Shown: positions 26,720-40,597 of the stretch, piece after piece | Position numbering within the stretch: position 1 is the first letter of the stretch | Layout of the letters: every line of letters starts with the position of its first letter | Source of the DNA: Octopus sinensis | Taxonomy: Eukaryota | Length of the DNA: 64,000 bases | Assembly: GCF_006345805.1 (NCBI RefSeq) | Contig: NC_043026.1 | Location: forward strand, 8,680,001-8,744,000 | Reading direction: 5' to 3' | The notes under the pieces: model-generated | Databases searched by the model: none | What the model was told of the DNA's origin: nothing | Seen by the model: the letters and a program-made list of their open reading frames with translations, nothing else | Made by a program: the position numbers and the translations under genes

Positions 26720-27134
26720 CACTAGAAGTACCAATATTCCTTTCCTCTTACAAAGACCATAACTGTAATTTTTGACTCTCATTGAAAATCGCAATTAATA
26801 CAATTTATTTTAAATATCAGCAAATGCATTGAATAAAGGATTTGAAAATACATTCTTTTAGCATTTATTTACTTCTAAAAAATATATATATCTATACACA
26901 TATGAAATGATGCTCATAATTGCACATTCAAAGGAAGTGATGTAGAGGAGTATTAGGAAGATAATTTCAGCAGAAGGGTGATGTTCTGATAGTGAGATTA
27001 AAGAGGGAGATAATAGAGGTCTGTGTGGGGATGGTGAGTCCATAGTGAAAAGTAAGTGTTTTTTTGTTTTAATTGAACTAAATTTTTTTGTATCACCTAT
27101 CTCTTGATGCATGTGCATACCAAACTTACCATTC

Positions 27135-27275
27135 CCTTTAGAAAGAAACCAGTTGCCCGTTCACCTGTCATGTAATGACTATCAATAAATCACTAGGGCA
27201 GACATTTGATAAAGTGGGGCTGTTCTTGCCTGAGCCAATATTCAGCCATGATCAGCTACATCACGTTGCATTGTT
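27135..27275 (+). mobile_element. Helitron PIF1-like helicase relic
   Basis: MTINKSLGQTFDKVGLFLPEPIFSHDQL matches the AMTINKSQGQT..VFSHGQLYVA motifs. Confidence 0.7.
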
Positions 27276-27865
27276 AAGTTAATTTTTTGGCTCAAAAAGC
27301 AAAAAGCAAGGCCATGTAGGGGGACATGGAGTTATGTACAGGGAGGGTGTTCATGCAAAGAGTTCAGGCCATTTCTGGTCAAGAGAGACTTTGAACCGAG
27401 CGGTCGTTGGCATCTTCACTATCTCGTCCGGCAGCTTATTCCACGGATCTGCAACCCGGACGGAGAAAGCCCCTCTCCTTCGATTGAGATGAAATCGTCG
27501 CAGATAGAGCTTTTCGGAGTGACCCCACAGCCGACGCTCTATGTGTGTGTGTATATATAGTTAAGTTAATTTTTTGGCTCAAAAAGCAAGGCCATGTAGG
27601 GGGACATGGAGTTATGTACAGGGAGGGTGTTCATGCAAAGAGTTCAGACCATTTCTGGTCAAGAGAGACTTTGAACCGAGCGGTCATTGGCATCTTCACT
27701 ATCTCGTCCGGCAGCTTATTCCACGGATCCGCAACCCGGACGGAGAAAACCCCTCTCCTTCGATTGGGATGAAATCGTCGCAGATAGAGCTTTTCGGAGT
27801 GACCCCGCAGCCGACGCTCTAGAGCAGGAGTGAAGAACAGCTCTTTGTCAAGGGTTCACAAATTA
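27275..27865 (-). mobile_element. Two tandem L2/CR1-type LINE 3' ends
   Basis: The minus strand reads RGHSEKLYLRRFHLNRRRGAFSVRVADPWNKLP. A third copy lies at 33222-33416 (+). Confidence 0.7.
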
Positions 27866-28273
27866 TCTGATAAACAAGGGAAAAGAAAAGGGAGAATGTT
27901 TGCGAAGATCACAGTCTGCAAAGGAGTATTGGATGGAAAGATGTACGCAAGTTGAAACGTGTATTGGATCTGACCCATTGCCTTGGTTTCTAAGTTACCA
28001 ACTATATGGTTTTCAGAGTATGCCCTGTTGCATTAAATTTTTAACCCCGAACCCCTATGATTTACATATAAAATAATTTTGTTTTAATATAAAATTCTTT
28101 TCTAGATATGAAAGTGTGACCATGTAAATTTAAATGTAATTTTTTCTGTTTATGGGTAAAATAAGAGTGAATATTTATTTTGAGTGCTGTGTATTAAGTC
28201 TGTAAAATTGTGCTTAAATTATATATAAAAAGTGCATTAAGTAACCATCATATTCCAGTTTCCTATATATATA

Positions 28274-28663
28274 GGCGCAGGAGTGGCTGTGTGGTAAGTA
28301 GCTTGCTAACCAACCACATGGTTCTGGGTTCAGTCCCACTGCGTGGCATCTTGGGCAAGTGTCTTCTGCTATAGCCCCGGGCCGACCAATGCCTTGTGAG
28401 TGGATTTGGTAGACGGAAACTGAAAGAAGCCTGTCATATATATGTATATATATATATGTATGTGTGTGTGTCTGTGTTTGTCCCCCTAGCATTGCTTGAC
28501 AACCGATGCTGGTGTGTTTATGTCCCCGTCACTTAGCGGTTCGGCAAAAGAGACCGATAGAATAAGTACTGGGCTTACAAAGAATAAGTCCTGGGGTCGA
28601 TTTGCTCGACTAAAGGCGGTGCTCCAGCATGGCCGCAGTCAAATGACTGAAACAAGTAAAAGA
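28274..28663 (+). mobile_element. SINE family 1, full length
   Basis: ggcgcaggagtggctgtgtggtaag head, internal (TA/TG)n, and gactgaaacaagtaaaaga tail. Confidence 0.85.
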
Positions 28664-28680
28664 ATATATATATATAAAGT

Positions 28681-29545
28681 AGAGATTCTGTCCATTTGTG
28701 TTTGTTCATTTGTTTGTCCTCCAAAATGAAAGTAAATGGTTCAAGGGAAACTGTTTTACTTTTTCTTCTTATGTTATCTATATATATATATAAAAGAAAT
28801 TCTGTCCGTTCGTGTTTGTCCTTCAAAATCAAAGTAAATGGTTCAAGGGGAACTATTATGCTTTTACTTCTAACCTAGGGAAACTATTATACTTTTCCTT
28901 CTTATCTTATTTATAGATATAAAAGAGAGATTCTGTCCATTTGTGTGTTTGTTTGTCCTCAGAAATGAAAGTAAATGGTTCAAGGGAAACTATTATGCTT
29001 TTTTTCTTATACAGGGAAACTACAATGCTTTTTCCTTTTATCTTTATCTATCTATATATATATATACAATTAAGGGCTCCTAAATTAGGATGCCGAGTGC
29101 TGGGAACACAAAAGGGAGATGAATTTATCGAGAGTGAAAATCAAAAACGTTTACCGATAACTTTACATCTCGGACTGATCAGTTTCTGCCTCTTTCTAGC
29201 AAAACACAGAATATGTTTGCTAAGGCATCCTAATTTAGGAGCCCTTAATTGTATTTCTACATGAATAATATTTTTCTATATGAATAATATTTTGTCTAAT
29301 GACTAATTTGTCTTTTGTGCTGGGCACCTGGTAGTAACCAATATTACTACCCTTCTTGTTTATATTCGCATATATATATATATATATATATGACAGAGAT
29401 TCTGTCCGTTTGTCCTCCAAAGCGAAAGTAAATGGTTCAAGGGAAACTATTGTTTTTTTTCTTCTTATTTATATATATAAAAGAGACTCTGTTGATTTGT
29501 GTTTGTTTGTCCTCCAAAATGAAAGTAAATGGATCAAAGGAAGCT
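28681..29545 (+). repeat. Degenerate tandem repeat of ~100-130-bp units resembling Helitron 5' ends
   Basis: About five units containing attctgtcc..tttgtcctccaaaatgaaagtaaatggttcaagggaaact, each preceded by tatatatataaa or a similar run. Confidence 0.65.
29067..29251. mobile_element. 185-bp TA-flanked MITE with perfect 28-bp TIRs
   Basis: caattaagggctcctaaattaggatgcc / ggcatcctaatttaggagcccttaattg. Confidence 0.85.
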
Positions 29546-29559
29546 ATTATGCTGTTGCC

Positions 29560-29730
29560 TAACTTCTCTCAACAAAAATTATGCAATGGTAAAAGATTGT
29601 GCACAAACCAATGAGGGACTGCATTGAGGCAAATATTCTCACTGGTTGTGGTAAAGGTGACTCTGTGTTCATTCCTCACACACCAGTTATACCAGTTTCT
29701 GGAGAGATTGCATCTTTCCTTTGGTGGCAT
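29560..29730 (+). mobile_element. Helitron helicase relic
   Basis: KLCNGKRL..CIEANILTGCGKGDSVFIP matches PIF1-like LCNGTRL..VFIPRI. Confidence 0.65.
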
Positions 29731-29864
29731 ATTTTTTTCAATATCGTAAACCAAGAATTATGAACACAGACTAAATTACACAGTAATCTCTATTATTGTA
29801 AGCAGTTGTATGTATGATGCATGTCTTTATTTTTGTATGCAGTATCTATTCATATAGAGGAAAT

Positions 29865-30425
29865 GATTAGAGACCTTTGGAAGTATGCTGTGCATGAGAA
29901 GACCTGGCAGGACAAGTGAGACCATAACCCAGGGCCTCAGTCCACTTATGCATACCTTTCCTTCTTGGGACACAAAACTCTACTTGTGAAGACCTGCTGA
30001 GGCAAGTGAAAATCAAAATCAAAATCGATCAACATCAATGGAAATTGTAGCTGTGATACCAGTGCTGGTGGCACTTAAGAGAACCATCCGAACGTGGCCG
30101 TTGCCAGCGCCGCCCCGACTGGCTTCCGTGCCAGTGGCACGTAAAAAGCACCATCCGATCATGGCCGTTGCCAGCCTCGCCTGGCCTCTGTGCTGGTGGC
30201 ACATAAAAATCACCATCCGATTGTGGTCATTTGCCAGCCTCGTCTGGCACGTAAAAAGCACCCACTACACTCACGGAGTGGTTGGCGTTAGGAAGGGCAT
30301 CCAGCCGTAGAAACATTGCCAGATCAGACTGGACCTGGTGCAGCCTTCTGGCTTCCCAGACCCCAGTTGCACCGTCCAACCCATGCCATCATGGAAAGCG
30401 GATGCTAAACGATGATGATGATGTA
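29865..30425 (+). mobile_element. RTE-type LINE 3' end with internal ~55-bp repeats and a (GAT)n tail
   Basis: DLWKYAVHEKTWQDK* followed by 3'UTR. Shorter copies at 31325-31777, 33425-33778, 36685-37090 and 56317-56647. Confidence 0.6.
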
Positions 30426-30443
30426 TGACTATCAACTATTAAT

Positions 30444-30806
30444 GGAGGTGCAATGGCCCAGTAGTTAGGGCAGCGGACTCAGTTATAGGATTGCTGTTTT
30501 GATTCCCAAGCCGGGCGTTGTATTTATTGAGCAAAAACACCTAAATCTCCATGAAGCTCTGGCAGGGGGGGGTGGCGAACCCTGCTGTATTCTTTCACTT
30601 CCACTTTCTCTTTCTTCCTGTCTCTGTTCTATCTGTATTTCAAAGGGCCAGCCTTGTCACATTTTGTGTCACGTTGAATCTCCCCGAGAACTACGTTAAG
30701 GGTACACGTCTGTGGAGTGCTTAGCCACTTGCATGTCAATTCCATGGGCAGGCTGTTCCGTTGATCGGATCAACTGGAACTCTTGTCCTAACTGACAGAG
30801 TGCCAC
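30444..30806 (+). mobile_element. tRNA-headed SINE, family 3
   Basis: ggaggtgcaatggcccagtagttagggcagcggactc head with A/B-box-like spacing. Confidence 0.6.
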
Positions 30807-30984
30807 AAATATTAACCAAATATAAGCAAATTAACCTAATACAAGCATTTGTATGAACTGCTAATTTAATGGTAAATTTGCAACTGCTGCGATAATTATC
30901 AACTGATAATTGAATGATAAACGTGTATTTTTATATACCTTGAACTTGCCACCTCATTATATCAGTCAACACACATACACTGAC

Positions 30985-31200
30985 ATACCTATTTCTTTAC
31001 TGCCCACAAGGGGCCAAACAACGACAGACAAAACGAATTAAGCCCATTACATCGACCCCAGTGCATAACTGGTACTTAATTTATCGACGCCGAAAGGATG
31101 AAAGGCAAAGTCGACCTCGGCGGAATTTGAACTCAGAACATAACGGCATACGAAATACTGCTACCGCTAAGCATTTCGCCCGGTGTGCTAACGTAACACT
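30985..31200 (-). mobile_element. SINE family 2
   Basis: gtcgacctcggcggaatttgaactc...gctaagcatttcgcccgg. Confidence 0.7.
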
Positions 31201-32124
31201 GACATACCATTCTGCTGTCATGGCCGTAAAGACAGAAGGTTGCCAATGGATAATGCCATTCACATTGGGATATAATTCGAATTAAAAGTAGAAGAATAAA
31301 AATGAAACAAAATTACATGACATTCTGTTGAGGCAAGTGGAAATCAGAAATCAGAACCAAAATCAAAGTCGATCAACATCAATGGAAATTGCAGCTGTGA
31401 TACCAGTGCCGGTGGCACGTAAAAAGCGCCATCCGATTCGTAGCTGTTGCCAGCCTCGCCTGGCCCCCGTGCCGGTGGCACATAAAATGCACCATCAGAA
31501 CATGGCTGTTGCCAGCGCCGCCCTGACTGGCCTCCGTGCCGGTGGCACGTAAAAAGCACCATCTGATCGTGGCCGTTTGCCAGCTTCGTCTGGCACGTAA
31601 AAAACACCCACTACACTCACGGAGTGGTTGGCGTTAGGAAGGGCATCCAGTCATAGAAACTCTGCCAGATCAGACTGGGCCTGGTGCAGCCTTCCGGCTT
31701 CCCAGACCCCAGTTGAACCGTCCAACCCATGCTAGCATGGAAAGCGGACGCTAATGATGATGATGATGATGATGATGAATAGAGATGTTGTTCTTTCACT
31801 TTTGACATGAAATGCCAAATTATTGCCAATGTTATATTGTTTTAATGCAAATGAACCAAAAAAAAAAAAGTTACATGTTGACACTCACAGGGTCTGATAC
31901 TATTATCGTGTAAAATTTGATTTAATTTGGTTGAGCTGTCTGAGAATGCATTGGGAACAGACAGGCAAAGAATTTTATATAAATAGATTATATAATTGCC
32001 ATTACTGCATTGATCAATAATAACACGTGCAAGTCACTTATTGTTATCGTATAATAAACAAACAGAAATTCATGTTTTTCCTACTTCAATTATTGCATGT
32101 TTTTTCTCTTATGACACACAAGCA

Positions 32125-32690
32125 TGTACCTGACTCATACACTGTTCACTTCCCAGACATTTGTACATTGCTGCATATGCTTTATACGCACTTTCTGACA
32201 AGTTGTGGTGCACCTGAGCACTGTATACAATAATTTCATTATTTTTTTATGAGTGAAACAAGTACAAGAATAAAAGTATATACATATATACACATACATA
32301 ATATACGTATACACGAACACAATATATAACACACACACATACATAATATATGTTTATATAAAAGAAGGGAAATGTTAAAGTTGGCATTTAAAAGGAGACA
32401 GGGAAAGAGAGAAGAAAATAAAAGAGAAGGACATATGAAGGATATAAAATAGGAAAGGAAGGGTTGTTGTTATTATTGTCGGAGCACTGCATTCTTCAAA
32501 ACTTCCATGCTTTCTGAGATTCGCCAACACTACACCTGATTTTCTCTCCTCCATACACACACAAGCATGTATCTGACTCATACATTGTTCGCTTTCCAGA
32601 CATTTCTACATTACTGCATATGCTTTATACGCACTTTCTGACAAGTTGTGGTGCCCGAGCACTGTATACAATAATTTCATTATTATTATT
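32125..32690 (+). mobile_element. Two CR1-type LINE 3'UTR fragments
   Basis: They match 13850-14065 (gactcatacactgttcgcttcccagac...gcacctgagcactgtatacaataatt). Confidence 0.75.
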
Positions 32691-32992
32691 ATCAATAATT
32701 GCCATGACTGGATTGATAAATACAATAACTCATAAAATTCTTTTATTATTGTCATGTAACAAACAAACAGAAGTTCATGCATAAAATTTATCTTTTTTCT
32801 AATTCAATTATTACATATTTTTTATTATAAAAATACACACATACAGGAGGAGTAAATTATATATATAATAATACTTTGAACGTGGCTGCCCAGAAGCAGT
32901 AAAAGTAACTCAATGACGAGCATTACTGCTACTTTATTATATATACAAGATGCCAACTTGTTGAAAGCATGTTTTCTCTTCCACCCTGGAAA

Positions 32993-33139
32993 TCGGTAGC
33001 CAAGATAAAACTCTGAGTTTCGGATGCTGAGATGGAAATTCACGCCGCCATCTCTTCAGTTATGGCCGCATAATTGAAGAGATGGCGATGTGAATTTCCA
33101 CCTCGGCATCCGAAACTCAGAGTTTATCTTGGCCACCGA
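32993..33139. repeat. 147-bp near-perfect inverted repeat with a 4-nt loop
   Basis: ~72-bp arms around ttatg-gccg-cataa, with about six mismatches and one indel. Confidence 0.9.
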
Positions 33140-33885
33140 ATAATTGTCACATATTACATTTACAGATAATTTCCTCTATTTACATAATATCGAGGTCTCT
33201 TTCTTTCTTTTATCTTACCATTTTTATCAACGTCCGGGTTGCGGATCCGTGGAATAAGCTGCCGGACGAGATAGTGAAGATGCCGAAGACCGCTCGGTTC
33301 AAAGTCTCTCTTGACCAGAAATGGCCTGAACTCTTTGCATGAACACCACCCTGTACATAACTCCATGTGCCCCTACATGGCCTAGCTTTTTGCTTTTTGA
33401 GCCAAATTAACTTAACTTGTATATATATGGAATGGAAATGGAAATTGCAGCTGTGATACCAGTGCCAGTGGTACGTAAGAGAACCATCTGAACGTGGCCA
33501 TTGCCAGCGCTGCCCCGACTGGCCTCTGTGCCGGTGGTATGTAAAAAGCACCATCCGATCGGGGCTGTTGCCAGCCTCACCTGGCCTCCATGCCAGTGGT
33601 ACATAAAAAGTACCATCTGATCGTGGCCGTTTGCCTGCCTCGTCTGGCATGTAAAAAGCACCCACTACACTCATGGAGTGGTTGGTGTTAGGAAGGGCAT
33701 CCAGCCGTAGAAACATTGCCAGATCAGACTGGGCCTGCTAGCATGAAAAGCGGACGCTAAACGATGATGATGATGATAAAGTTATCAAGAAACTATATAT
33801 AAGGAAAATACTGACATAATTATCAAAGGGCAGTACCTATTCTATTGGAGTAAACTCAAGTAAAAGTAGACAATTATTGTAGGGC

Positions 33886-34083
33886 AGTGGTTCCCAAACT
33901 ATGAGTCGTGACCCCCAGATGGGTCACGAATGGAATCTTAGTGGGTCTTAAAAAGTTATAAAATTACGCATTAGCTTTGATTAACTGCTGTCTATCGAGA
34001 TAGTTCAAGACTTCAAGTGGGTCGTCATAAACTGGTGTGATAAATAGTGGGTCGTGACTCTAAAAAGTTAAGGAACAACTGCT
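33886..34083. mobile_element. hAT-type MITE
   Basis: cagtggttcccaaact...aaggaacaactg with imperfect 8-bp flanks ttgtaggg / ctgtaggg. 3' fragments at ~35120-35187 and ~35480-35548. Confidence 0.65.
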
Positions 34084-34269
34084 GTAGGGTACTTAAGAAA
34101 AATTTACTCACAGAAATTATTGCCTATGGTGTCATCTATGGTCCACAATGGAGCAAGTCTAAGTAGAGTAGTCTCTCCAATTGGTCAATTACAATTTGGA
34201 CTGAGGTCACAAGTTAAAACCATTAGAAAGGATTTGTTTGTAAAATAAATAAGAAAAACGTTAAGGCAG

Positions 34270-35042
<773 letters not shown>

Positions 35043-35755
35043 GACTGAAGACGTAATCTGAAATAAATTTCTTAATTTCATTAATGTTTTTACTCAGTAG
35101 AGGGATGTGCTCTGCAGGATTATGGGTCGTCATAAACTGGTATGATAAATAGAGGGTCGCAACTCTAAAAAGTTTGGGAACCACTGAACTAGACTAAAGG
35201 ATTTTTTTGACTTCATGATGCTTCCGCTCTTTTGCTACCCTCTTAAAAAAGCACAGGCTGCATTTCATTGTGGCCCCATCATCAGTAAGGTTCCTTATAC
35301 ACCCAGTAAGTTTATAAATTATTTAAAAAGTATAGGAGTGATCACCAGGACGCATTGAACCTGATGTTAATTCTATTATTGAGCGTAGCAAGAGACAGGA
35401 TCATCCTTCTCACAGGCCTCACTGAAGACGTAATCTGAAATAAATTTCTTAATTTCATTAATGTTTTTACTCAGTAGAGTTAAGTGGGTCGTCATAAACT
35501 GGTGTGATAAATAGTGGGTCGCGACTCTAAAAAGTTTGGGAACCACTGTTCTAGTGTTAACCGTTTAGCATGTAAACCAGCCACAACTGGACCAAATATG
35601 CTACCTCTTTTATTTTCAAACTAACCAGAGTTGGCCTCTTACACCTACCCTACAATGTTATTCTAAAAATACTCAATCACATCGTCATCACTTGAAAGCT
35701 GTGAGTTAATGCAGGACAAATTGAAAATAACGTGAATAAACATCACATTGGACAG

Positions 35756-36113
35756 AATGAACTACATGGGCGCAGGAGTGGCTGTGTGGTAAGTAGCTTG
35801 CTCACCAATCACATGGTTCCGGGTTCAGTCCCACTGCGTGGAATCTTGGGCAAGTGTCTTCTACTATAGCCTCAGGCCGACCAATGCCTTGTGAGTGGAT
35901 TTGGTAGACGGAAACTGAAACAAGCCTGTCGTATATAAGTATATATATATATATATATATATACTTATATACGACAGGCTTCTTTCAGTTTCCGTCTACC
36001 AAATCCACTCACAAGGCATTGGTTGGCCCGAGGTTATAGTAAAAGACACTGAACCATGTGATTGGTAAGCAAGCTACTTACCACACAGCCACTCCTGCGC
36101 CTATGTAGTTCAT
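35756..36113. repeat. Palindrome made of the 5' half of a SINE plus flank, centred on (TA)n
   Basis: atgaactacatgggcgcagg... versus ...cctgcgcctatgtagttcat. The 3' half of the SINE follows at ~36140-36355. Confidence 0.85.
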
Positions 36114-37261
36114 ATATATATATATATGTATGTGTGGTGTGTATATGTTTGTGTGTCTGTGTTTGTCCCCCTAGCATTGCTTGACAACTGATGCTGGTGT
36201 GTTTACGTCCCCGTCACTTAGCGGTTCGGCAAAAGAGACCGATAGAATAAGTACTGGGCTTACAAAGAATAAGTCCCGGGGTCGATATGCTCGACTAAAG
36301 GCAGTGCTCCAGCATGGCCGCAGTCAAATGACTGAAACAAGTAAAAGAGTAAAGAGTATAGTAAAGGGTTAAGTCGTCACTTACAGGGAATGTTTTAGCA
36401 CAAATATCAGTGGGAACACTTCAGCCCTGCCATGATCTCGTTTGTGAGAAGGTAATTTGCTATTTTGAGTGAATGACTTCTTGTATGGATATGTCTGTGA
36501 TCAGATAAGCGAGAACTCATAGTGAATGGTTTCCCCACAGATATCATTGTGATATGGTTTCTCTTCTGTGTGAAAATGTCTGTGAGCATCTGATTTGTCA
36601 TTTCGGGAGAATTATTTACCACAGACATCACAGGAATAGGGTGTCTCAATAAATTAGCTTACTATTAAAAGAGAAATATTTGTTACAGATGCCTTGACTG
36701 GCTTCTGTGCCGGTGGCACGAAAAAAGCACCGTCCGAATCATGGCCGATGCCAGCGCCGCCTCGACTGGCTTCCGTGCCGGTGGCACGTAAAATACACCA
36801 TGCGATCGTGGCTGTTGCCAGCACCGCCTTGACTGGATTCCGTGCCGGTGGCACGTTAAATGCACCTGATCGTGGTCGTTGCCAGCCTCACCTGGCACCT
36901 GTGCCGGTGGCATGTAAAAAGCACCCACTACACTCACGGAGTGGTTGGCGTTAGGAAGGGCATCCAGCTGTAGAAACACTGCCAGATCAGACTGGGGCCT
37001 GGTGCAGCCTTCTGGCTTCCCAGACCCCGGTCGAACTGTCCAACCCATGCTAGCATGGAGAACAGACGTTAAACGATGATGATGATGATGTCACAGTCAG
37101 ATGGCTTCTCACCTGTATGAACACCTTTATAATGAGTTAGAGCACTGATGAAAGAGAAGAGATGTTACAGGAATATGGTGTCTCTCCTGAATGAAAATGT
37201 TTGTGAGAAGTTAAGCACTACTTTGAGAGAAGGATTTACTACAAATGATATGTCTTCTATC

Positions 37262-38545
37262 CTACACGAACAAGTATACGAGTACACCACTGTGATAAGG
37301 CTTCTCTCCGGCATGAAGACGTTTGTGACATTTTAAAACACTTTGGTCAGAGAATGATGTACCACAGACATCACAGTGATAAGGCTTCTCTCCTGTATGA
37401 ACACGTATGTGCCTAGTCAAGTTACCTTTTTGAGAGAATGATTTACCACAAGTGTCACAGTGATATGGCTTCTCCCCTGTATGAATACGCTTGTGAGATT
37501 TTAGGGCATTTTGGCGAGAGAATGATGTACCACAGACATCACAGGGATATGGCTTTTCTCCTGTATGAATACGTTTGTGTGTAGTCATGGTACTACTCTG
37601 TGGGAATGATTTACCACAAATGTCACAGTCAAATGGCTTCTCTCCTGTATGAACACGTTGGTGTATAGTCAAGTTATTACTTTGAGGGAAAGATTTACCA
37701 CAGATGTCACAGTGAAACGGCTTCTCACCCGTATGAACACGTATGTGAGACTTCAAGGCATTTTGGTGAGAGAATGATGTACCACAGACATTACAGTGAA
37801 ATGGCTTTTCTCCAGTATGAATACGTTTGTGTGTGGTCAAGCTACCTTTCTGAGGGAATGATATACCACAAATGTCACAGTCATATGGCTTATCTCCAGT
37901 ATGAATACGTTGGTGTTTGGTCAGGCTGTCTTTTCGCCGGAATGATTTATCACAGATGTCACAGCAAAATGGCTTCTCCCCTGTATGAAAACGCTTGTGA
38001 GAATCTAAAGAACTCCGCTGAGAGAATGATGTACCACAGACATCACAGTGAAATGGCTTCTCTCCTGTATGAACATGCTTGTGTGTAGTCAAACTACCAT
38101 GTTGAGAGAATGATTTAGAACAGATGTCACAGTGATATGGCTTCTCTCCAGTATGAATACGCTTGTGTTTAGTCAGTGAAACATTTATAGAGAATGATTT
38201 ACCACAAGTGTCACAGTGAAATGGCTTCTCCCCTGTATGAACACGTATATGAGAATTTAGAGCATTGTGGTCAGAGAATGATCTACTACAGACATTACAG
38301 TGAAATGGCTTCTCTCCAGTATGAATACGTTTGTGTGTAGTCAAGTTACTACTCTGAGAGAATGATTTATCACAAATATCACAATGAAATGGCTTCTCTC
38401 CTCTATGAATACGTTTGTGCGCATTCAAGCTGCTCTTTTGAGAGAAAAACTTTTTACACACATCACACTTATGTGACAATTTTTTTCTCCCTTTTCCTCT
38501 ATTTTCTGGAAAAATCAGTTTCTTTATTTTCTCACTCTTTTCCAT
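37262..38545 (-). CDS. C2H2 zinc-finger protein, unit A (14 fingers, 427 aa)
   Basis: MEKSEK leader and TGEKP fingers. Decayed tail at 37090-37260 and 36372-36650. Confidence 0.9.
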   Translation of the reverse strand: MEKSEKIKKLIFPENRGKGRKKLSHKCDVCKKFFSQKSSLNAHKRIHRGEKPFHCDICDKSFSQSSNLTTHKRIHTGEKPFHCNVCSRSFSDHNALNSHIRVHTGEKPFHCDTCGKSFSINVSLTKHKRIHTGEKPYHCDICSKSFSQHGSLTTHKHVHTGEKPFHCDVCGTSFSQRSSLDSHKRFHTGEKPFCCDICDKSFRRKDSLTKHQRIHTGDKPYDCDICGISFPQKGSLTTHKRIHTGEKPFHCNVCGTSFSHQNALKSHIRVHTGEKPFHCDICGKSFPQSNNLTIHQRVHTGEKPFDCDICGKSFPQSSTMTTHKRIHTGEKPYPCDVCGTSFSRQNALKSHKRIHTGEKPYHCDTCGKSFSQKGNLTRHIRVHTGEKPYHCDVCGTSFSDQSVLKCHKRLHAGEKPYHSGVLVYLFV

Positions 38546-40012
38546 TATTTTTCTTCAAAAATCACAGAATATAATCTTTTTACACCTTTTTGATTCTATA
38601 GTCTTTTGTTTCCAAATATTTCAACTGCTCTATTTCTGTCCATTATCACCTTTGTACCAAATCTCATTAGAAAATTTATCCAAGTATAATTTGCACACAG
38701 ATTCATCTTGTAGACACTCCAGCCAGTGATGTCCAGAAGGTTTGCTAATAACACATTTCAGAGTAAATATATCAGAGGAATTCCACCACAGATTTATAGA
38801 AACAATCTTATATATCTGTTCTGTACAATATTTCCATTTTGGTCTTTAAAAGATGATAAATAATGAGAACGTATCTTCAGTTATGCCAATGTCATCTGAT
38901 ATTCTGAAATAATAAAGAAACAACAGTGTAAAATATAGAGGCTACTTAAAAAGATACAGATTCAACATTTCCATAAAGATAAACTCTAGAAATAAACATT
39001 TAACTGAACAACAGAACTTTCTAATTTATTAATATTTACATCAGAAAATCCTGTTTGAAGCTAACATATTTGTAAACTCCAGCTACACATTCACACACAC
39101 ACACGTTTATATATATATATATATATACTCTTCCTTGTGTTAGTTGTTTTGACTGTGGCTATACTGGAGCATCATCTTAGAGGGTATTAGTTGATCAAAT
39201 CAACCCTAGGACTTCATTTTTGAGCCTAGTACTTATATTGACCTCTTTTGTGAAACCACTAAATTATGGGGACATAAACACACCAACACTGGTTATCAAA
39301 CAGTCACAAAGACACACAGATATATATATGTATATACACATAAATACTCATTAATATATATAGGGCTTCTTTCAGTTTCCATTCCAGAAAGCACGCAATC
39401 CCCAAAGTAAAAAAACCCAGGATTTTATAACATTCAGAGTTCGGAAATGTCCTTTGAAATAATTCTGTCTAAAACCTACAATGATTTCAGTTGAAATCTT
39501 CCTAAGCAACGTCAATGGTGAGAAAACAAGGCGAAATTACTCATTTTGCCCCGCTTACTAATTTCTTCCCGATCCCGATACCAAGAAACAAACATTCGAT
39601 GAATTATAATAAAGTATTCTTTATAACATCCCACGGAAGTTTCCAGCAGAGTTCTGAAATGTCCATTAGATTAATTCTGGCTAAAACCTACAATAAATTC
39701 AGTTGAAATCTTTCTAACCAATGTCATAATGGTGAGAGAATAAGGAGAAATTACTCATTTTGCCCCGCTTACTAATTTCTTCCCCTTCCCTATATCAAGT
39801 GATAAATTATAATAAAGCATTGGTTTCTCAATATTTCTGTGGTTGGAGTTTATTTTAAGAACATTTCTCTCCACTAAAACACACAACAAACAAACTTAAA
39901 GAAGAACGATGGGGCGGTAGGAGGTTGCCGCCATAGCTAGAAATAGCAGCCAAATGTGGAACAAAATCTGATTCACAAAGTATCGAAAGATTAAATGTTT
40001 TTCGTTGTTTAT

Positions 40013-40184
40013 ACTTACGGAATGTCTTTATAAAGGATGGTGTTGTTGTTGTTTATGAGTGCATCAGGTGGGAGAGAAATGTATTATAAATGTGTTTGGG
40101 AGTGAATTGAGAGAAATTCTGGCGCCAAACAAAGCTTGTCAGATGTAATGAATAGAAGCGGAAATAGGTTTAGTGCGCATGCGT
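40013..40184 (-). promoter_or_regulatory. Promoter plus exon 1 module, unit A
   Basis: tgcgcatgcgt at 40174-40184, donor at 40013-40018, acceptor at 38904-38905. Confidence 0.6.
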
Positions 40185-40597
40185 ATGTAATAGTTGTGCG
40201 TGATATTCACATTTTGGCACAAGGCCAGCAATTTCAGGGGAGGGGAGGTGCGTAAGTCGATTACCGCGGACCGCAGTTGTTAACTGGTATTTATTTTATT
40301 GAATCCCAGCAAAAGGTGAAAGGCAAACTTTATTTGGATCTTTTCGCTTTGACCGACAGATTTTTAAAATAATTTCTTTTTAACTAAAAAATTTAAACTT
40401 CGTATACTGGTAGAATGTGTTACATAAAACATCTTTTTCTCTTGGCTTCTTGAGAAAATTCTGTATTCTGTTTAGTTTGTAAGGTATTTGTTTCTTTAAT
40501 TTCTTGCATTTCGGCAATTTCAACAACCAATCAATACTCTATTGAGGTGAATACAATCTGGTCCGGATCTTGTCAACAACAATTTTTTTTGCGCTGT

